64,000 nucleotides of DNA from Camelus ferus (lineage: Eukaryota): positions 73,162,001 through 73,226,000 of the forward strand of contig NC_045696.1 of assembly GCF_009834535.1 (NCBI RefSeq), written 5' to 3'. Below the pieces are notes generated by a model. It was not told the origin of the DNA. It saw only the letters and a program-made list of their open reading frames with translations, and ran no database searches. Below, piece by piece: positions 48,651 to 63,239 of this stretch (position 1 is the first letter of the stretch; the number at the start of each line of letters is the position of its first letter). Made by a program: the position numbers and the translations under genes.

Positions 48651-50689
48651 GAAATAAAATATACTGAACTTTTTGGGAGAGTGAAAGAAATTTCATGTGC
48701 AAAGTACATGCTTCAAAAACTTCCTACTGGTCAAAAGAATGCAATAAGCATACTTTTTTTCCTAATAAAAATTGAATAGGTATCAATATACTTCCTTGAC
48801 AGTTTGCCCATAGCACCAATATCCCGGGGAAAAAAAACACAACACGAGCACTATCTCCTCACCTTGTAATCTCATCAAATTCCAATTTCTGCTTAAATGA
48901 GGTTATACCTGGCATCAGCACCATTTTATACTTCCCAGACCATCCTACCAGGAGAGCCTTCTTTATCCACCCCCTGCATGTCTCCTCTCTCCTTGGCGGG
49001 ATTGGGAAGCCAGACAGAACCCGCTGAAAGAGCTGGCTTCTTGTCTGCAGATACCTTGCAAGAACAGTTTTCAGATTCATCTGATCAAAGGAGAAAATTA
49101 CCAGAGGATGGCATCATATGCGATGATTTTGCTGAATTCAGAAACATGCCATAATTCAAATCACGTATTTTAATTTGCGCGACAAGTAGTACTTTTACTT
49201 TAAATTTCTGTACTGTCAAAATAAAACATCAAACTGCTATTGCATGCTACAAGAGAAAAGGAAAAGGCAAAGAGGTCAGGCTTAGATTGCTTATCTTGGC
49301 TCTGCTAACTAACTTTGTATAAATGTAAAATTTGAACTAGGGGAATATTTTTTGTGTATACTACATATTCTTTCTCCAGTTTGCCCACAAAACTACAATG
49401 AACTCTTGAGGTTGACTTGTTAGAGTTTCAGTCACTAAGTAGGTGATCTTAACCATACAAGAAGCAATGTATCCCCTGGATACCTTCAGTGGAGCTGCCA
49501 TATTAACTTTACTTGAAGCAACATTAATTGCTCTCAGATCTCTAAGTATCACTGACATTGATAAATCATCCTTAAAGGGACATGAACAAATGAATCAAAT
49601 GCTTATCATCACATTCTAGAAAAATAAACATGTTTACAACAAGGAATAATGCATCAGGCAACCTACTTCCGCAATGCTGGACTGAATGAAGATCTGACGA
49701 GCCATACAACCCTATCCAGGTATAAACTGGTTGAGTAATGCATTGAAGAGGCAGCCTAATCATAATGAAGCATGTGGCCAAGGTATACTAAGAAAACATT
49801 TATTTCATTCTTTTTTTGACAAAATAAAAACAAATCTATTCAGTCATGAGAGTCAAGTTTCCATTTTTCCCCTTGTGTTAATGTGATGAAATTGTTACTG
49901 ACATCAAAGTGATGTTTAGGTAATCCAAGTTCTCTAATAGTATGTAAAAGACTTTGCTGTATAGAAAAGTAATAGCTCTACAAATAGATGGACAATGGCA
50001 ATATTAGTTGTCTAATGTCTCCCTAGGAATTTTCTAATTTATCAACCTAAATGAAAGTCGGCTGTATTTACTCTGTACTGTCTTCTTTTATGATTCACCG
50101 AACCCTACATTTTAAAAGAAAAACAGTTGGTATTTCCTCTACAAAATAATCTGCTTTCTGTTTCAAAGAAAGATAACATGACTTACCTTTCTTTGGAAAC
50201 AGTAACCACTGAGAAGAGCATCTTTTCTCTTTGTTAGTTGAGGAAAGGGGTTAAACTAATGGAAAGATAGATATTTCTTTTCCACTGACTGGGGTAAGAG
50301 AATTGGCACAAGTCAGCACTCCCTTCTCTCTCTGCCTTCTCTTTGTCTGCCTGTAAGCAACAGCTTCTCCTTTACCCTTACTTGGACCATCTGTGTGTCT
50401 GCTCACATCTAGAGAGACATCAGCAGATCTCAGCAATGGCCCCAATATTACATCGTCCTTCATCCCTGAATGGAAACTCCACACTTTGCCAGGATTGCAA
50501 ATAACCTTTCTCACAAATATGTGCTACCTGAAAGTCTTCCAATAAATTTTATGTTCCCAGTGGCATGTTGTAGACCTGTAGCAATTACTTGTGTATACAT
50601 TTTTATGGTTTTATCTGAATACTTAGGATGGCATTTTCAAATTATGTTCTGCAAACATTAATTTTGAGGAATGTTATCAACAACAGTTT

Positions 50690-50895
50690 TAGCTAAATTT
50701 GTTGAGCATTTAGTATGTGCTTTATATGCATTTTATCATCCAATGCTCACAAGTCTTTGAAGCGGTATTAGTACTATTTCCATTTTATGGATGAGGGAAG
50801 TAGAGATTAGACAAATTAAGTGACATGGTTAAACAGCTGAGCTGGAATTTGAACCAGGCCATTTGACTGCAGAGCTCTCGATCTTAAATAGTACA
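50690..50895 (-). mobile_element. MIR SINE
   Basis: ttgttgagcatttagtatgtgc...ccattttatggatgaggga...gagctggaatttgaaccagg. Confidence 0.8.
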
Positions 50896-50904
50896 GCATA
50901 GCTG

Positions 50905-51070
50905 TTAGGTGAAAAAGGATTTGGGAGTCAATGAATTTAATACAGAATTAAACCAAATTTTAAAAGCTTCTTTCTTACAGGATTTCTCAGAGTATTTCAC
51001 ATGCCAATGCATACTGACTCACTAAGTGGAATATAATACGGGATATTTCCAAACTTACTGAACCCTATTG
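50905..51070. mobile_element. MER103-like hAT MITE remnant
   Basis: caggatttctcagagtatttcacatgccaatgcatactga...atttccaaactta. Confidence 0.5.
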
Positions 51071-51392
51071 ATCTCTCAAGTGCTTGAGCCTGAACACCTA
51101 GTTTCAGATGCTGGTTTTGCCACTCAATATGGTAGCCCTGGGCAAGTGATTTAACCTCTTATTATAAGTTATTTAATCAACAAGACAAAATTTAGCTATT
51201 TAGTAAATTGTACCTACCAAGACATATTTTTGTGTGTTTTCAGAAATAGCTGAAACAGGCTTTTCCATTAATATTCAGTTAATAAAAACTATTTAACTAA
51301 CCAGAGCATCTTATTTCTTTAAACAGTTCTATTAATCAGTATTTGATCTTTTCCCCAAACTTACCTGATTTAAAATTTTTATATCTTTTCCT

Positions 51393-54300
51393 GCTTACAT
51401 CAAATGGACAGATCATCTGGACAGAAAATCAATAAGGAAACACAGGCCTTAAATGACACATTAGCTCAGATGAGCTTTATAGAGATCTATAGAACATTCC
51501 ACCCCAAAGCAGCAGAATACACATTATTTTCAAGTGCACATGGAACATTTTTCAGGAGAGAGCATATGCTTGGCCACAAACGAGGCTCAATAAATTTAAC
51601 AATACTGAAATTGTATCAAGCATCTTTTCCAACCACAACTGTATGAGATTAGAAATCAACTACAAGAAAAAAAACCTGCAAAAACATCAACATGTGGAGG
51701 CTAGACAATGTGATACTAAACAACCAATGGGTCACTGAAAAAATCAAAGAGGAAATAAAAACTTCCTGGAGACAAATTAAGATGGAAACACATAATCCAA
51801 AATCTATGGGACAGAGAAAAAGCAGTTCCCATTAAAAATTAGGGAAGTTTATAGCAATATAAGCCTGCCTCAGGAAACAAGAAAAACCTCAAATAAAAAT
51901 CTAACCTTACACCTGAAGGAACTAGAAAAAGAATAACAAATAAAATCCAAAGTTAGTAGAATGAAAGAAATAACAAAGATCGGAGCAGAAGTAAATGAAA
52001 CAGAGACAAAAAAAAAATCATAGAAAAAGATGAGTGAAACCAAGAGCTGGTTCTTTTAAAAGACAGACAAAATTGATAAACCTTTAGTCATTCTCATTAA
52101 AAAAGAGAGAGGGCCTAAATAAAAAAAAATTGGAAATTAAAGAGAAGTTATAAACAACACCACAGAAATACCACAATTATATGCCCAAAAATGGACAACC
52201 CAGAAGAAATGGATAAATTTCTAGAAATGTACAATCTTTCTAGACAATCAAGAAGAAATAGAAAATATGAACAGATTGATTATCAGTAATGAACCTGAAT
52301 CAGTAATTTAAAAAACTTTCAACAAACCAAAGTCCAAGACCAGATGGCTTCACAGGTGAATTCTGCCAAACATTTGAAAAAGAGTTAAAATGTATCCTTC
52401 TCAAACTATTCCAAAAAATTGAAGCGGAAGGAATGCTTCCAAACTCATTGTAGGAGGCCATGATAACTCTGATTCCAAAATCATTAAAGATACCACAAAA
52501 AAAGAAAATTACAGGCCAGTATTACTAATGAACATAAATGCAAAAATCCTGAACAAAACATGAGCAAACAAAATTCAACAAGACATTAAAAGGATAGTAC
52601 ACCCTGATTAAGTGGGATTTATCCCATGGATGCAAAGATGGCTGTATATCTGCAACTAAATCAATGTCATACAACACATCAACAAACTGAAGAATAAAAA
52701 TCATTTGAGAATCTCAATAGATTCAGAAAAAGCTTTTCACAAAATTCAGCATTCATTTATGATAAAAATTCTCAGCAGAGTGGATATAGAGAGAATGTAC
52801 CTCAACACAATAAAGGCCATATATGACAAACTGAGAGCCAACATCATACTCAACAGTGGAAAGCTGAAGGTATTTCCTCTAAGATCAGAAACAAGACAAG
52901 GATGGCCACTCTCACCCACTTTTATTCAACATGGTATTGGAAGTCCTAGCCACAGCAATCAGAAGAAAAAGAAATAAAAGGAATCCAGATTGGAAAAAAA
53001 GAATTAAACCTGACACTGTTTGCAGATGACATGGCATTACATGTAGAAAATCCTAAAGATGCCACCAAAAAACTACTAGAGCTTATGAAGGAATTTGGTA
53101 AAGTTGCAGGATACAAAATTAATATACAGAAATCACATTTCTGTACACTAACAATGAACTATCAGAAAGACAAACTAAGGAAACCATCCCACTTACAATC
53201 ACATCAAAAATAATAAAATACCTAGGAATAAATCTAAGGAGGTAAAAAAACCTGTACTTGGAAAACTATTAGACACTAATGGACAAAAATGAAGACAACA
53301 CAAAGAGAAAAATATACCATGTTCGTGCATTGGAAGAATTAATATTAATAAAATGATTATACTACCCAATGCAAATTTTACAAATTCAATGCCATCCCTA
53401 TCAAAATACCTATGGCATTTTTCATAGAACTAGAACAAAAAAATTTACAATTTGTATGGAAACACAAAAGACCCAGAATAGTCAAAACAATCTTGAGAAA
53501 GAAGAACAGAGCTGGAGGAATCACACTCCCTGACTTCTGACTGTACTACAAAGTTACAGTAATTAAAACAGAATGGTACTGGTACAAAAACAGACACATA
53601 GATCAATGGAACTGAATAGACAGCCTAGAAATAAACCCACACACTTTTGGTCCATTAATCAACAGCAAAAGAGCAAGAATATACAATGGAGAAAAGACAG
53701 TCTCCTCAGTAAGCGGTGCTGGGAAAAATGGACAACTGCATATAAAAGAATAAAATTAGAGCACATTTTCTCACAGCATATACAAAAATAAACTCAAAAT
53801 GAATTAAACCCTAAATTTAAGACCAGAAATCACAAAACTCCTTGAAGAAAACATAGGTATGACACACTTTGACACATATTGTAGCAATATATTTTTTGGA
53901 TCTGTCTCCTAAGGTAAAGGAAACAAAAATAAACAAATGGAACCTAATCAAGCTTAAAAGCTTTTGCACAGCAAAGGACACCACTGACAAAACAAAAAGA
54001 CAACCCATCAAATGGGAGAAAATATTTTCAAATGATATGACAAATAAGGGATAATATCCAAAGTATATAAACAGCTCATACAACTCAACATCAAAAAACA
54101 AATAACCAATTAAAAATGAGCAGAAGACCTGAATAGACATTTTCCCAAAGAGGACATACAGATGGCCAACAGGGACATGAAAAGATGCTCAACACTGGTA
54201 ATCATCAGAGAAATGCAAATCAAAACCACAGTGAGATATTACCTCAAATCTGTCAGAATAATGTTATTATCAAAATGGCCACAAACAGCAAATGTTGGTG

Positions 54301-55020
54301 AGCATCTGGAGAGAAGGGAACACTTGTACACTGTTGGTGGGAATGTAAACTGGTGCAGCCACTGTGGAAACCAGTATAAAGGGTTCTCAAAAAACTAAAA
54401 ATTGACCTGCCATATAATCCAGCAATTCCATTCCTGGGTATATATCTGAAGAAAGTGAAAACACTAATTTGAAAAGATACATGCATCCCAATGTGCACAG
54501 CAGCATTATTTATAATAGTCAAGATATGGAAGTAACCTAAGTGTCCATCAACAGATGACTGGATAAGCATGTGGTATTTATGTACAATGGAATACTACTC
54601 AGCCATAAAAAGAATGAAATCTTGCCATTTTGTAACAACATGGATGGACAAAAGGGTATTATTGCTAGTGAAATAAAACAGACAGAGAAAGACAAACACT
54701 GTATGTTATCACTTACATATGGAATCTAAAAAATAAAACAAAACAAATGGATATAATAAAACAGAAACAGACTCACAGATATAGAGAACAAACTAGTGGT
54801 TACCAATGGGGAGAGGGAAGGTAGGAGGGGCAAGATGTAGGGAGGGGATTAAGAGGTACAAACTACTCTCTATAAAATAAAAAAAGGTACAAGGATATAT
54901 TGTACAACACAGGGAATATAGCCAATATTTTATAATTATAAAATATTATCTATGGAAATTTTGAATCACTATGTTGTACACCTGAAATTAATATTATAAT
55001 CAACTGTACCTCAAAAAAGA
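51393..55020 (+). mobile_element. 5'-truncated LINE-1 (~3.6 kb), ORF2 disrupted
   Basis: MDRSSGQKINKETQALNDTL...FHPKAAEYTLFSSAHGTF (EN), FADD at ~53019-53030, and 3'UTR ending caactgtacctcaaaaaa. Confidence 0.96.
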
Positions 55021-55029
55021 AATGAAATA

Positions 55030-55240
55030 TTAATAATTTATTGAAAACTTTAAATTTGCTATGAGAAAACATCTTAAAGTATTGCCATTCCTCAAAAATT
55101 ATTATGTGATATGATGAATGTGTTAACTAACTTGATTGTGGTAAATACTCCATAGTGCAAATTAAAAGTTTACCCCCTAAAAATATATATATAATATGTA
55201 TATGTCAATTATACTTCAGTACATCTGGAAAATAAAATTA
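55030..55240 (+). mobile_element. Older L1MA-type 3' end
   Basis: aaatttgctatgaga...tgttaactaacttgattgtggtaa...tgtcaattatacttcagta. Confidence 0.7.
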
Positions 55241-55257
55241 TTGGAAAAGTTTAAAAA

Positions 55258-56697
55258 ATTTAATATATAGAAATCTGTTGCATATCTATACATTAATAAT
55301 GAGCTATCAGAAAGAAAATTTAAGAAAACAATACCATTTATAGTCATATCAAAAAGAGTAAAATACCCAGTAATAAATCTAAAAAAGGAGATAAAAGACC
55401 TGTACTTGGAAAACCGTAAGACACTGATGAAAGAAACTGAAGACAACACAAACAAGTGGGAAGATACACCATGTTCATGGATTGGTAGAATTAATGTTAT
55501 TAAAATGACCATATTACCCAAGGCAATCTACAGAGTCAATGCAATTCCTATCAAAATACCAATGGCATTTTTCACAAAACTAGAACAAATAATTCTAAAA
55601 ATTATATGGAAACACAAAAGATCCCAAATAGCCAAAATGATCTTGAGAAAGAAGAACAAAGCTGGAGGTATCATGCTCCTGATTTCAAATTATACTACAA
55701 AGCTATAGTAATCAAAACAGTACAGTACTGGCACAAAAACTGCCACATAGATCAATGGAACTGAGTAGAGAGCCCAAAAATAAACCCATGCATTTATGGT
55801 CAATTAATCTATGACAAAGGAGGCAAAAATATACAATTGGGAAAAGAGAGCCTCTTCAATAAATTTTGTTGAGAAAACAGGACAGCTACATACAAAACAA
55901 TCAAATTGGGCTACTGTCTCATATCATATACAAAATTAAACTCCAAGTGGATTAAAGATTTTAAGACTTGAAGAAACTCCTAGAAGACAACTTTTATAGG
56001 CAGTATGCTCTTTGACATCAGTTGTAGTATTTTTTTTTTTTTGATCCGTCTCCTCAAGCAAGGGAAACAAAAGCAAAAATAAACAAATGGGACTATATGA
56101 AACTAAAAGACTTTTGCACATTGAAGGCCACTATCAAAAGAACAAAAAGGCAGCCTACTGAATGAGAGAAAATATTTATAAATGATATATCTGATAAGAG
56201 ATTCATATCAAAAATATACAAAGAACTCATACAGTTCAACAATAAAAAAAAAACAACTGATTAAAAAATGGGCAGAAGATCTGAATAGACATTTTTCCAA
56301 GAAGACATATAGAAGGCCAACAGACACATGAAAAGATTCTCAACATCACTAATCATTAGGGAAATGCAAATCAAAACCACAATGATATGTCACCTCATAC
56401 CTGGTAGAATGGCCATTTTGAAAAAGACAAGAAATAACAAATGTTGGAGAGAAGGAAACCCTGGTACACTGTTGGTAGGAATGTAAATTGTTGTAGCTGC
56501 TATGGAAAACAGTATGGAGGTTCCTCAAAATATTAAAAACAGAACTACCATATGATCTAACAATTGCACTTCTGGGTATTTTTCCAAAGAAAAGAAAAAT
56601 GCTAAGCTGAAAAAGACATATGTACTCCTATGTTCATTGCAGTATTATTTATAATAGCCTAGACATGTCCAAAATAAATGAATGGATAAAAAAGATG

Positions 56698-56748
<51 letters not shown>

Positions 56749-57290
56749 TCATACATACATATACACATATATATATACACACACACACATACACAATGGA
56801 ATAACTCTCAGCCATAGAAAAGAATGAAATCTTGCTATCTGCAACAATGGATGGACCTAGAAGGTATTATGATAAGTGAAATAAATCAGACAGAGAAAGA
56901 CAGATACCATATGATTTCACTTACAAGTGGCATCTAAAAAAGAAAACAAATGAACAAATATAACAAAACAAAACCACACTCACAGATACAGAGAACAAAC
57001 AAGTGGTTGCCAAAGGGGAGGAAGGTGGAGGGATGAGTGAAATAGGTGAGGAAGATTAGTAGGTATAAACTTCCCATTATAAAATAAATAAGTTATGGAG
57101 ATATAATGGACAGCATAGGCAATATAATCAATAATATTGTAAATACTTTGTATGGCGACAGATGGTAACTAGATTTATCATGGTGAACATTTTGTAATGT
57201 ATAAAATATCCAATCATTATATAATACCCCTGAAATTAATATAATATTGTGAATTAGTTATTGTTCAATCATAACAAAATAATTGAAGAA
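55258..57290 (+). mobile_element. 5'-truncated LINE-1 (~2 kb) with internal (TA)n/(CA)n at ~56697-56795
   Basis: [40 protein letters not shown] (ORF 55406..55708) plus 3'UTR. Confidence 0.95.
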
Positions 57291-57470
57291 AGAGAAAAAA
57301 AAGAAACATTTTTATACCTTTAAAGTTTTTCAGGTATTTACATTTAAAGGGAGATAAAATTAATTACAATAATGTTATCATTAATTAAGGCTTTTATAGT
57401 AATGATTTTCTTGGATATTTGTATTAATTATTCTAGTAACTCTTCCTAATGTTAAATATGGGTTTTTCGG

Positions 57471-57510
57471 TATGTATGTATGTATGTATGTGTGTGTGTG
57501 TGTGTGTGTG
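57471..57510. repeat. (TATG)n(TG)n compound microsatellite
   Basis: Direct reading. Confidence 0.9.
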
Positions 57511-57524
57511 TATAAAAGAGTACG

Positions 57525-58192
57525 GTAGAGTTCTTTAAACTTTACTGGTATTTTTTCACAGTGCCTCAGGGCCAAAAAAGACTTAATAGTTTCATGTATT
57601 AAGTAGTAACGTCCAGTGGACTTAATAAGTATTTGTCTTAACAGTTTAGTGGCCTTTGAAAAAAAATCATTCATATAAATTGAAAGAGAAAATATTTTCA
57701 TTTTATTCTTAAATAATCAGAATTACTTACTAATGGGATGTGTGTACTTAATGGCCACTACAAAACTTCTCAATCCTTCGAATCAGATTGGTTACCACCA
57801 CCCTTTATTTCCTTTTCTGTATTGCTTTTAGTATAGTACTTCTTTTGTTTATTTCTTTCTTTCTGTGGCTGGCCACATAGAGTCCTACACACCTCTCCAG
57901 CACCACTCTCCTGGAGAAGCTGCTATAAATGCCAGCTACTGCTTTTCCTCCTTTCCCAAATAGAGTACCTGTTTTTTATCAAAGCAACCACAAAAAACTC
58001 AGTTTTGCAAAGACATGAAATAATCAAAAGAAATGCAGAACAATCTAACCTCAATTACAAATCACCTAGGGCTGGTAGTTTGCACAGTGTCTCTGTAAAA
58101 TACCAGAATATAAATATAAAATACCCCATGGCACCACCTATGAGCTCACTATGGTACTCTGGGCACCTCTGAACATGGTTTGGGAATCATAG
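57525..58192. mobile_element. hAT-Charlie non-autonomous element (MER113-like)
   Basis: End catggcaccacctatgagctcactatggtactctgggcacc...gtttgggaatcatag resembles a Charlie terminus. Family assignment uncertain. Confidence 0.55.
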
Positions 58193-58479
58193 GATTAGGG
58201 TATCATATATGATATTCTATGTTGTAGCATAAAGTGTTTAAGTAGTTAAATTGTATAATTTATGTGTATGTGTGTATGAAAGAGAGAGAGACAGAAAGAG
58301 AAAGAGAGAGGGAGACGGGGGGTGGGGGGATCTGTTAGAAATTAAACTGACTGGCTTTTTCTATCTTCTAAGGGAGGTGGCCTAATTCACGAGGAGGGCA
58401 AAACATGTCTATTTTATTCTTTTTCTCTTGGTGGAGGGAAAAAGAAAGGGTGAGACCTGGCACAAGAATGCATCTGTGG

Positions 58480-58685
58480 TACACACTACACTACTGTATA
58501 TAAAATAGATAAACAACAAGGATGCTAAATGGCACAAGGAACTATATTCAATATCTTGTAAAAACCTATGATGGAAAAGAATCTGAAAAATAATGTGTGT
58601 GTGTGTGTATGACAGAATTACTTTGCTGTATACCTGAAAATAACACAGCATTGTAAATCAATTATACTTCAATAAAAAGAAAAAA
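58480..58685 (+). mobile_element. Short L1 3' end
   Basis: acacactacactactgtatataaaatagataaacaacaagg...ttgtaaatcaattatacttcaataaaaa. Confidence 0.88.
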
Positions 58686-58877
58686 GAATGAGTCTAATGA
58701 GTCTGTTGATAGGCAATGGGATACCAGAACCTAGTTTAGAAAAGACTAAGAAGAACTAAACAGCTCTGCATAATAAAGTAAGCAGTAAAGTAAAAGAGCA
58801 AGGTGGGAGACTAGACCTCAATTAGCACAAATGGCTGAGGAGATTTTTTTTTTTTAGGAATAGTGAAAGTATTGGTG

Positions 58878-60205
58878 AGCAAGTGGTGCTGGGAAAAGTG
58901 GACAGTGCATGTACATAAGTGAAGTTGGAACACTCTCTCCCACCATACACAAAAATAAACTCAAAATGGCTTTAAAGACTTAAACATTAGACAAGACACA
59001 ACAAGCCTCCTAGAAGAGAACATAGGCAAAACATTTTCTGACATAAATCTCAGCAGTGTTCTCCTAGGGCAGTCTATCCAGCCAATAGAAATAAAAGCAA
59101 AAATAAACAAATGGGACCTAATTAAAATTATAAGCTTTTGTACAGCAAAGGAAACCATAAACAAAACAAATAGACAACCTATAGACTTGGAGAAAATATT
59201 TGCAAAGATGCAGCTGACAAGGGCTTAATTTCCAGAATATATAAACAGCTCATACAACTTAATAAGAAAAAAACCAAACAACCCAATCCAAAAATGGGCA
59301 GAAGACCTAAACAAGCAATTCTTCAATGAAGACATACAAATGGCCAATAGGCACATGAAAAAATGCTCAGTATCACTAATTATCAGAGAAATACAAATCA
59401 AAACTACAATGAGGTATCACCTCACACCAGTCAGAATGGCCATCATTCAAAAGTTCACAAACGATAAATGCTGGAGAGGGTGCACAGAAAAGGGAACCCT
59501 CCTACACTGTTGATGGGAATGGAGATTGGTGTGGTCATTACGGAAAACAGTATGGAGATTCCTCAAAAAACTAAAAATAGACTTACCATATGATCCAGCA
59601 ATCCCACTCCTGGACATATATTCAGAGAGTAGCCAAGACATGGAAACAACCTAAATGTCCATCAACAGATGACTGAATAAAGAAGTTGTGGTATATTTAT
59701 ACAATGGAATACTATTCAGCCATAAAAAGAATAAAATAATGCCATTTGCTGCAACATGGATGGACCTGGAGATAGTCATTCTAAGTGAAGTAAGCCAGAA
59801 AGAGAAAGAAAAATACCATATGATATCACTTGTATGTGGAATCTAAAAAAAGACACAAATGAACTTATTTACAAAACAGAAATAGACTCACAGACATAGA
59901 AAACAAACTTATGGTTACTGGGGGGAAGGGAGTGGGAAGGGATAAACTGGGAGTTCAAGATTCATAGATGCTAACTACTATATGTAGGATAAGCAACAAA
60001 TTTATACTGTGTAGCACAGGGAACTATATATATTCAATATCTTACAGTAAATTATAGTGAAAAAGAATATGAAAAGGTATGTATGTATGTATATGTATGA
60101 CTGAAGCATTATGCTGTACACCAGAAATTGACACAACATTCTAAACTGACTATACTTCAATTTAAAAAAAAAGGAAAAAAAGAATAATAACAACAACAAA
60201 CAAAT
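58878..60205 (+). mobile_element. 5'-truncated camelid-type LINE-1 (~1.3 kb)
   Basis: ORF2 C-terminal region and 3'UTR ending ccagaaattgacacaacattctaaactgactatacttcaattt plus A-rich tail. Internal deletion near 59628. Confidence 0.95.
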
Positions 60206-60844
60206 AACCAAGAGGCAAAACTAATGTTAATAGTGAGTCAATCTCTTGCTATCTGTCTGAAATTCTTCTTATGTGAAATGGATTTAAATAAATGAATAAT
60301 AAATAATTCACACTTCCTGCTTGGAGCTGAATATATACACAGCTGAACCTACAGAATGGGGCAAGGAGACAGCCTGGGCTAGAGGAAAATGATACAAGAA
60401 GAACCGTAAGTGCTCTTACGTATATGAAAACACATTGTCAGTGATGAAGCACTAATCAGACCTTAGTTCTCTGGTTATTCATGGATGCAGAATTTAAGAG
60501 CTATTCCTCAGTAGAAGGATCTGGTCATTTTTGGAGCCCTGATGGCAAAACAAAGATGAAAATAACTTCATTTATCACTACGTCACTGCAACATAGTGAG
60601 AATTAGGGTCTTGAGAGGAAAAAACAAAGGTTCAAATGGTCACGGTTTTAATCTAGAAAAAAAGACCTCCCTGGTTTTTATAACAAATTTTAGACTTTAA
60701 AAAATGTTTATCATCTGTAGTCTTAGGAGAAACCTCCCTACAAAATAAAGATGTCCTGTACAGCATAACCCAAACTAGATCTGGGGTTGTCCTAGTAAAG
60801 AAGGATGTTTATTTGGAGCAGCTGTTACTTGCCTTAGTAGCCAA

Positions 60845-61070
60845 GAGCTAACACTGAGAATTTACCACATGCTAGGAAATGTTCTAGGTACTTTAAATAT
60901 ATCAAGTCATCTAATGCTCACAACTTTCTCTTAGCTGAGTACTACTGCTATGCTCACCCTAGAGATTAATTAGCTGAAGTAAGGAGAGATCAACTAACTT
61001 GCCCAAGAGCCCACAGAAAGTCAGAGTTTAAACGCCAGCTCCAGAGTCCATACTCGTAACCGCTGCATCA
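60845..61070 (-). mobile_element. MIR SINE
   Basis: gctaacactgagaatttaccacatgctagg...taacttgcccaagagcccacag...ctccagagtccatactc. Confidence 0.75.
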
Positions 61071-63239
61071 TCCCCCTTGCTCACAACTAAAAAGGAAGGC
61101 CTCTGTTGGTGGAGAAAAGTGGTTCGAAATCAGTACTTCCAGAGGGTGAGCCAAAAGACACTGGTCCCCACAGCCTTCATTAATGCCACAGCCCATCACC
61201 TAACCTTTTGGCTGTATGACGTGTAGCCAGTCTCTTTTAAATATGGCCTGATTGCTGTGAATGAGCACATCAAAATAAAATAGCAGACACACCGGGTTTT
61301 ATTGCTTTCAAAATAGAGCATGTCTCAAGACAGGGAGTCTCAGAAACATGTATAGAAATTAATCATCTCTTGTTGAGTCTCAGCTGGCATGAAAAAATCA
61401 AAAAAAGCCAAGAATTCATACATTGGGACCTGATGAAAGAAAATTAAATTCTTGAAATTTAAAAAAAAAAAGAGAGGAAGAAAAAGACACGTCCCTCAAT
61501 ATGTTTCAAGGCAAAAAAAAAAAAAAAGGTCTGCTGGTGAAACCCTGAACATTCTATTTCCCTCTTCCCATTACAGAACCATAGTAAGTACTAGTACTAA
61601 AGGCTCTGCTAAGTTTTTCTTTAATCATAAATAAATCTTTTCATAATTTGTTTCACCCAGCACAGGATCTTCATTTGTATAGTATCCATTGCTGTATCTC
61701 AGAACTGGTACTATATAAACTACATTTGGGAAAGGTTGCATTAAAATATAAAAATGCTGCTTTAATAACTGGCTATGTTACAAAATAACCATTGCTAACA
61801 GTTTCTTTGACTAATGTAAACCTGGAAGCTTATTTTTGAGAATCATATGTTGTTTGTTAGCAAGGAAAATCCATTATTTAGATTTAGTGAAGTGGGCCTT
61901 ATCCATATTAGATTTTCCTTTTTTCCAAGTTATAGATAGCTATTTTCTATGTTTTTTTTACATTTTATTTTGCTTTCCCCATATTCTTCCAGTTTTATGT
62001 TGGTCTACATTGGCTTTAGTCACTTTTGTATTTCAGACTTTTTACTATTTACAGATTCTTTTTAGACTCTCCTACTGGAATCTCTCAAAATTCACTTAAA
62101 GGAGCAAGTCTTTAGCAGTTAAATTTCATGAAAGTTTTTTTCTTTTTAATACAGAAAATAAGAGAATTGTTTTTAAATACATGTCTTGGGTCTTGTATGA
62201 GCAGCTGTCTTAATGAGAGGAGGGAGGTGGTTAAAAGACTCTTTGGCTAAAAAAGTCATGTTTGAATTGGCTGTTGAATTGAAAATGGATTTCCCCAAAT
62301 GGCCAGAAACATAAGCATTGTGCAACATTCCATCCTTCTGTCCTGCCCTGACCCCTTACCCACACCCTCTATCCCCAATATTCCTCTGTCCAATTTCTCA
62401 GGATCTAGTCTTTTTAAACCACTTCATCCTGCATTTATAGTCTTTATATTGCTTTTCATATGACTGATATTACTATTAGGTGACACAATAGCTTCTTTTT
62501 TATTACGTGATAATATTCTCTCCCCACTAATGTTCTGATAGCTTTATGAATGCCAAAATCAGTATTTCTTTATAGAAATGAATTTATAAGACACGGGTTT
62601 CATGAGTACTCATAAAATGATGACAGATTCCACAAGCCACAGAAACAAATCAGTCTTATTTTTTCAAAGTCATATCTTAAGTACGTTGTTTGTTCTGAGA
62701 CAGTGGAAGTTTTCAGGAACGTGTATGTCTCCATATTTCTTTAAACTATTACGTTCACTTGTATGAGCAGAGTTCTTGTTTGAAGTGAGGGCTAACCATA
62801 GATTTTTCATCCTGCTATAGCCCAAACTGGAATTTCCTACAAAGCAGTTATGTTCTGTGTGTCTCTGTGTGTCTCTGTATAAACACATACACATATGTAT
62901 ATTTATAAAATGAAATACTTTAAAAAGGTAAATCAGTAAGAAATATCACCCATAAATTCATCATCATCAAATTACCACTATTAATACTTCAGTGACTCTC
63001 CTTTCAATATATTTTCTATCGTGTTCTTTTCAGCATTGGGTATAGCATTAAACTTTTTGGTGGTGGTATTAATTTCACAGGTAAAATTTTTTCCTCTTAA
63101 ACTTTCATTTCTCTATTTTTGCACCTGAACATTTCTCATAACCAAGTGACTAGCCCTTTTTTCTTTTTTATATCCTTTGTCCATTTATATGTATTTTTGT
63201 ATGTTTATTTATAAAATCTTATTTTTTTAATCCATTAAA

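Noticed and set aside
49051..49154. Plus-strand terminal coding exon (DTLQEQFSDSS...)
   Set aside because: There is an acceptor-like site but no recognisable protein and no supporting upstream exons.
50187..50514. Minus-strand coding exon ending at the AG|GTAAGT donor
   Set aside because: The frames I checked hit stops before the donor, the acceptor is ambiguous and no protein is recognisable.
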